DNA of 64,000 bases from an uncultured virus (IMG/VR IMGVR_UViG_3300007539_009079) (lineage: Duplodnaviria > Heunggongvirae > Uroviricota > Caudoviricetes): IMG/VR virus record IMGVR_UViG_3300007539_009079. The stretch is one strand, 5' to 3'. The notes below the pieces were generated by a model, which saw only the letters and a list, made by a program, of their open reading frames with translations, was not told where the DNA came from and made no database searches. The translations under genes were made by a program, and so were the position numbers. The number at the start of each line of letters is the position of its first letter. Position 1 is the first letter of the stretch. This document shows, one piece after another, positions 59,299-64,000 of the stretch.

Positions 59299-59969
59299 GC
59301 GATAAGTACGGACAAGATGTAGAAAAATACATTAATCATAAATTAGGTGAAGTTACATGGATTAGAGATGAGATTGATGGAATGATTCTTCAGTGGAATA
59401 AATTGAGAATAATGAATTTGAATATTGATGAACCGGTTTTAGTAATTGATATTGATATGTTATTCATCAATGATTATATGGAAGCGATAGAATATCCTAT
59501 CGAAAGAGGTGAATTTTTATCTGCTAATTCTTGGTGGAAAGATACTGATAAGGGTAATTATAAATTAAATGGAGGATTTCAAAAATATTATCCTAAAGAT
59601 TGTAAATACATTTACGATGAATTTATGTCTAAACCAAATTTTTGGATGAATTATTTTTTAGAAAATAAAATAACAACTGGTAAAGTTAATGGAGAGCAGT
59701 TTTTTGTAGAAACAATGGTGCGCAAAAAACTAAAATTAAAATTTTTACCAGATAGTTGGTTTTTTAGATACGATTCAACTTATGATGAACCTAAATATTT
59801 TGAAGAATATTTAGATTTAAACTGTAAACATCCTTCTGGTTGGGCTTATTTGGCAGGAGAATTTAACGATCAAATTAAAATGGTACATTTCATGAATACT
59901 AGGTTTAATTTAGATATCATACTAAAGTATGATCATGATTACGAATCTTTTCTAACTAGAAAATCATAG
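59268..59969 (+). CDS. Glycosyltransferase-like protein, paralog C
   Basis: VRIGDKYG, QWNKL, IDID, WW.D, NGGF.K, GEQ.F, VHF. Confidence 0.68.
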   Translation: MGTKIFAVRIGDKYGQDVEKYINHKLGEVTWIRDEIDGMILQWNKLRIMNLNIDEPVLVIDIDMLFINDYMEAIEYPIERGEFLSANSWWKDTDKGNYKLNGGFQKYYPKDCKYIYDEFMSKPNFWMNYFLENKITTGKVNGEQFFVETMVRKKLKLKFLPDSWFFRYDSTYDEPKYFEEYLDLNCKHPSGWAYLAGEFNDQIKMVHFMNTRFNLDIILKYDHDYESFLTRKS

Positions 59970-60436
59970 TAATAATGCATTAGTTCTGGTAATGTTTTTG
60001 ATTTTCTAATTTTTGACCTTAAATCTCGGTCTTCAAATTCTTGAAAATCTTCCAAATCAAATATATTGAGTTTTATCTTAAATAAATCTTCAACAGACGT
60101 ATTTTCCAATAATTCTAGTGACATTTCTTTTTCTACTTCAACTTCTTTAATATCATTAGCAGATATTTTTCCTGAATCTCTCCATTCTAAATACTGCAGA
60201 AAATCTTCTGCTTTCTTTTTGTTTTCATCGTATAATATTTGGGTATTTTTTACAATATCATCTTCTGAAAATTTTTCCAATACTTTTTTTGATATATCTG
60301 TGCCGTCATCAATACTAATAGCCACGCTTTTTGTCAACCCGGCAATATCAAGATATTCTACCAATACTAATTTTTTTTCTGAAATATCAGGATGTACAGC
60401 ATTAATAATTTCAATATTTTCAGTATCTATTTCCAT
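59939..60436 (-). CDS. Acidic partner protein 2 (possible fibre-assembly chaperone)
   Basis: GAGAGGTGA RBS; C-terminal EDLFKIKLNIFD...LRSKIRKS...ELMHYYY shared with 61484. Confidence 0.6.
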   Translation of the reverse strand: MEIDTENIEIINAVHPDISEKKLVLVEYLDIAGLTKSVAISIDDGTDISKKVLEKFSEDDIVKNTQILYDENKKKAEDFLQYLEWRDSGKISANDIKEVEVEKEMSLELLENTSVEDLFKIKLNIFDLEDFQEFEDRDLRSKIRKSKTLPELMHYYYDFLVRKDS

Positions 60437-60457
60437 GATCACCTCTCATAGTATAGT

Positions 60458-61477
60458 TTAGTTATTTCCATTTGGAACAAGTGCCCATACATTATATCTA
60501 TAACTATTATTATTCGGAACATAATTTCCAGTGTAAACCCCTCCTGAAGGACCAGTTACTGAAGAAAGGGTATATCCTGATAGAACAAATCTTTCATATA
60601 AAAATCCATGATTTGTCCCACCATAGGATGATATTGTTGTAGTCGCTGCAGTTGTGTCATTAGTCGCACCAATTCTTGTTAGAGTATATTTTGGATGTCT
60701 AATTTCTAGCAGTTTAACTAAAATATCAGTGATTAAATTATTCGTAACATCATTAATTGGTATTTCAGTTAATTTTGGATTGTTATTTACAATTCCATTG
60801 TATCTTGATAAAAACTTGTATACCGAAGAATTGTTTAATATATTTGATTCGTTGCTATCTGCTGTTTTTACATATCTGTTGAAATTTACTGTCGTATTCC
60901 AATAAGTAGTGTCTTGATAAACTAAACCCAAATTAGACCAAGTTCCATTTGTTGGTGTAGATAATGAAAAATATTGAGAACCAACTCTGTCTCCGGTATG
61001 AATTTGATTGACACAATCTGATATTATCGTATCAAAAAAATTTGTTGTGGATTTTTCAAATTGCAAACCTTTTATTGTGTTATTCCATACCAAATAACTG
61101 TAAGTATTGAATGTCGAGTTTGTGATGGTAATGGATGGTATATATTGCCTATAACTATATGATGTTTGAGTTTCTACGTGTGCCGAAGATCCTAATGTAC
61201 TGGGAAAAGTGTTGTCCGCACCTGGTGGAGGAGTTACGTTATCGGCCTGTGTTGTTGAAGTTGTGTTAGTGATTGTGTCATATATGGTGCCTACTGAACT
61301 ATAATTACTAGCTGAAGCGCCTGCTGATATGGCGCCTCCTATAGTAGATGAATTAGTTGCAAGTAGACTGGCATATTTTTTTCTCACAGTGTAACTCAAA
61401 ATTTCTAATTGAGCATCGGATAATTCTTTGAAAGATTTTAATGCTTGATCAAAATATACAGGTTTTCGTACTGCCAT
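60458..61477 (-). CDS. Putative virion structural/fibre protein 2
   Basis: Thr/Ser/Asn/Gly-rich; MAVRKPVY...KELSDAQLE.L.Y N-terminus shared with 62180. Confidence 0.6.
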   Translation of the reverse strand: MAVRKPVYFDQALKSFKELSDAQLEILSYTVRKKYASLLATNSSTIGGAISAGASASNYSSVGTIYDTITNTTSTTQADNVTPPPGADNTFPSTLGSSAHVETQTSYSYRQYIPSITITNSTFNTYSYLVWNNTIKGLQFEKSTTNFFDTIISDCVNQIHTGDRVGSQYFSLSTPTNGTWSNLGLVYQDTTYWNTTVNFNRYVKTADSNESNILNNSSVYKFLSRYNGIVNNNPKLTEIPINDVTNNLITDILVKLLEIRHPKYTLTRIGATNDTTAATTTISSYGGTNHGFLYERFVLSGYTLSSVTGPSGGVYTGNYVPNNNSYRYNVWALVPNGNN

Positions 61478-61483
61478 ATTATT

Positions 61484-62170
61484 TTATTCCTCTGCGAGTT
61501 CTAAAGTTTTATTTTTTTCTTCTTCTAATAGGACATAATAATAGTGTAATAATTCAATAATGTCATTAGATTTTCTCATTAAAGATCTCAGTTCAATGTT
61601 TTCTGAATTTTGAACAATTTCTTCTTCAAATATTTCCAGTTTTAATTTGAACAAATCTTCCAAAGATAAAGATTTTAATTTTGCTAGAGATGTTGCGTAT
61701 ACACCACCAGATTTTTTAAACTCTACATATTCTTCTAATGATTCGCTTAATTCATACTCTTTTTTCAACATGAAATAGTAATTTCTTGTCAAATCTTCTT
61801 CAGTGTATGTTTCGTATAGTCTATTTATGATTGGAATTATTTTTTGATTTGACCAAACCCCAGTTTTTTGCATTCCATCCTCTGGATCAATATAGTACAT
61901 TCTTATGACAGATTTAGTTTCGTTTGTATAGTGTGCATATAAAATTTTCTCTTTTATTTCATCTTCTTCAACGACATTATCAGTTTCAGATTCAGATGTG
62001 GTTTCTTCAACGACATTATCAGTTTCAGATTCAGATGTGGTTTCTTCAACGACATTATCAGTTTCAGATTCAGATGTGGTTTCTTCAACGACATCATTTT
62101 CGATTATCGAAGAATTTGTAAATATACCTTGTTCTTCTGAAGATTCTTCTGAATTTAATTCTTCATTCAT
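61484..62170 (-). CDS. Acidic partner protein 1 with tandem repeats
   Basis: (VVEETTSESETDN)x3; C-terminal EDLFKLKLEIFE...LRSLMRKS...ELLHYYY. Confidence 0.65.
   Translation of the reverse strand: MNEELNSEESSEEQGIFTNSSIIENDVVEETTSESETDNVVEETTSESETDNVVEETTSESETDNVVEEDEIKEKILYAHYTNETKSVIRMYYIDPEDGMQKTGVWSNQKIIPIINRLYETYTEEDLTRNYYFMLKKEYELSESLEEYVEFKKSGGVYATSLAKLKSLSLEDLFKLKLEIFEEEIVQNSENIELRSLMRKSNDIIELLHYYYVLLEEEKNKTLELAEE
61964..62094. repeat. 39-bp perfect tandem repeat, 3 copies plus 14 bp
   Basis: Unit TTCTTCAACGACATTATCAGTTTCAGATTCAGATGTGGT at 61964, 62003 and 62042, partial copy at 62081. Confidence 0.95.
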
Positions 62171-62179
62171 TTTATTTCC

Positions 62180-63328
62180 TTAATTAGCTATTTTCAAATA
62201 AAGCGCTTTAATACTGAAATTTGATCCAGTAGGTATATCCAATTGTTGATAAACATATGTAGTTCCTGCTGTCAGTCTGAAATCAAAAGTATTAGAATCT
62301 GATAGATAAGAATCTTCAAAATATCCTCTAAAGATTTTAGATGATGGTTTACTGTCTTTTTGAATGGCATATGTCGGAGTAGAATCATTTGTTAATGCCG
62401 GTAAAATAATATTCTCAATCATGTTATCTAATCCAGCGTATCTACTGAGCATTGTAGCATCATTATTTACTGCGGTATCAAATTCTAATAAATTTATTTC
62501 AGTGCCATTTATTTTTGCAACATTATCAAATAGTCTATCCGCTGTATTTAAATTGAAATCAGCACCTAAACCTGTTTTTACAAACAATGAATATTTATTA
62601 CCTAAGGTTTCCGTTCCAGTAGGTAACGCTCCTCCTGTGACCGCAGAACCAAAATTTTGACCAAATGATCCTAAATTTGTTACTGTTGGATTTGCAAATG
62701 TGGAATATGTATCTTGAAAAAAATCTCCAATTTTTTCAAAAGTGCCTTTGAAAGTTCCTGGTGTTGTATCAGTGTCTAGACCTACGTAATAAGTTCCTAT
62801 ACCATTTCCTGTTTTCATTTCTTTACAAACTTCTTTTGTAATTGCATTTATAACTGTATCTATGTCATTTCCCGCTGGCATTAATCCTGCAGGGCTCATA
62901 TTTGTTGTGAAATGTGTATATCCATCTGCATTTGCTGTTTGCTGAGAAGGTGTATTTAGTTGTTTTGAAAGTTGGTGATAATTAAACTTGACTCTAGGTT
63001 CATATTGAGTTGTTGCGGTATCTCCTCCGAAGTTCATTAAATCTATACCTCCTGTACCAAAAGTATCGGGTGTAATATCATCTAATATGTAACCATAGGT
63101 TACAGCTTTTCGTCTACTGTCTTCCGCTGTTCCAAAGTTGGACCATCCTGCTCCCGGTGAAGTGCTGGACAACACGACTTGTCCATGATATGCTGTGGAT
63201 TTATTTTTAAGTTTTTCAGCATATTTTGCCTGCACTAAATATACCAATGCCTCTAATTGTCTGTCGGTTAACTCTTTAAGACCCTTGAGTGTTGAATTCC
63301 ATATTAATGGTCTGTTTTTATTTGCCAT
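62180..63328 (-). CDS. Putative virion structural/fibre protein 1
   Basis: Thr/Gly/Ala-rich; MANKNRPLIW...LKELTDRQLE.L.Y...KYA; shares G.Y.V and F.DT segments with 60458. Confidence 0.6.
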   Translation of the reverse strand: MANKNRPLIWNSTLKGLKELTDRQLEALVYLVQAKYAEKLKNKSTAYHGQVVLSSTSPGAGWSNFGTAEDSRRKAVTYGYILDDITPDTFGTGGIDLMNFGGDTATTQYEPRVKFNYHQLSKQLNTPSQQTANADGYTHFTTNMSPAGLMPAGNDIDTVINAITKEVCKEMKTGNGIGTYYVGLDTDTTPGTFKGTFEKIGDFFQDTYSTFANPTVTNLGSFGQNFGSAVTGGALPTGTETLGNKYSLFVKTGLGADFNLNTADRLFDNVAKINGTEINLLEFDTAVNNDATMLSRYAGLDNMIENIILPALTNDSTPTYAIQKDSKPSSKIFRGYFEDSYLSDSNTFDFRLTAGTTYVYQQLDIPTGSNFSIKALYLKIAN

Positions 63329-63340
63329 TGCTTATCATTG

Positions 63341-63369
63341 TTGACATAAGTTGAAAAATGATATATAAT
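63341..63369 (+). promoter_or_regulatory. Consensus sigma70-type promoter
   Basis: TTGACA 63341-63346, 17 nt spacer, TATAAT 63364-63369; AGGA RBS before ATG 63406. Confidence 0.8.
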
Positions 63370-63405
63370 TTATTATAATACTTTATTATATATAGGATGT
63401 AGAAC

Positions 63406-64000
63406 ATGAATAAAATTTTATACATTACCCCTCATTTATCCACTGGAGGAGCTCCACAATATCTTCTCAAAAAAATTGAATTGTTAAAAGATTTTTATAC
63501 TATTTATGTTATTGAATATAATGACTATGGAATCTATAGAGTACAAAAAAATAAAATAATAGATCTTTTAAATAATTCTGTTTATACTTTAGGAGAAGAA
63601 AAAGAAAATATTTTTAAATATATAGATGAAATAAAACCCAATATTATTCATTTTGAAGAGATGCCAGAATTTTTTATGCATGATGATATAGCAAAAAAAA
63701 TTTATAATTCCGATAGAAATTATTTAATTTATGAAACATCACATGATTCCTCATTCGACCCCTCCAATAAAAGATTTTTGCCTGATAAATTTTTATTTTG
63801 CAGTGATATCAAGCTTCATTATTCGGAAATTTAGGTGTTCCTTGTAGTGTTATTGAATATCCAAATGTCTTAAAAGATGAAAAAAATAGAAATGACGGAT
63901 TAAAATTTTTGAACTTAGATCCAAAAAAACATCATGTATTGAATGTTGGATTGTTTACGCCACGAAAAAATCAATCAGAAATTATTGAATATGCAAAATC
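63406..64000 (+). pseudogene. GT4-like glycosyltransferase interrupted by a frameshift near 63808 (or a sequencing error); runs off the window
   Basis: PHLSTGGAPQY start; the frame stops at 63834, but the alternative frame continues QASLFGNLGVPCSVIEYP...VLNVGLFTPRKNQSEIIEYAK to the window end. Confidence 0.7.

Noticed and set aside
59939..59969. Intrinsic terminator at the convergent junction
   Set aside because: The two genes overlap by 31 bp, and no GC-rich hairpin with a U-tract is visible.
61964..62094. 39-bp repeats as a CRISPR array
   Set aside because: The units are head-to-tail with no spacers and are in frame within a CDS.
2098..62660. Short antisense and out-of-frame ORFs in the track (e.g. 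2098-2313, 20321-20746, 47572-47865, 60066-60461, 62364-62660)
   Set aside because: They are fully nested in or opposite to well-supported genes, have no motifs, and have shadow-ORF composition.
1..64000. Stop-codon reassignment (alternative genetic code)
   Set aside because: Standard-code ORFs tile the window densely, and TAA, TAG and TGA all terminate genes at sensible family ends.

Overview
This AT-rich window looks like part of a large T4-like (myovirus-type) bacteriophage genome, not a bacterial chromosome. The evidence is a T4-type RNase H, an FmdB-like zinc ribbon, a PD-(D/E)XK exonuclease, a SleB-type wall hydrolase, two tRNAs, dense translationally coupled genes and fibre-like structural genes. 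It has four zones. (1) 0.1-6 kb: a nucleotide-sugar and glycan tailoring cassette (glf, UDP-GlcA epimerase, rmlB, LicD, sulfotransferase, methyltransferase, glycosyltransferase). (2) 6-17 kb: small ORFs, prs and pyrF, tRNA-Arg(UCU), a CAU tRNA and T4-like core genes. (3) About 17-60 kb: the outstanding feature, a ~43 kb single-strand enzyme island. It holds 14 radical SAM proteins in five architectures, 7 Fe(II)/2OG-type oxygenases, 2 amidinotransferases, a carbamoyltransferase, a PLP aminotransferase, a flavin halogenase-like protein, an adenylation enzyme, a QueC-like ATPase, a nitroreductase, 4 SGNH-like proteins sharing a C-terminal FIY motif, and paralogous glycosyl- and methyltransferases. 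(4) 60-63.3 kb: a convergent duplicated module of a Thr/Ser/Gly-rich structural-like protein plus an acidic partner, followed by a frameshifted glycosyltransferase. All product calls come from motif recognition by eye, with no database searches. The island's substrate (virion protein or glycan, DNA, host surface or small molecule) cannot be determined from the sequence.
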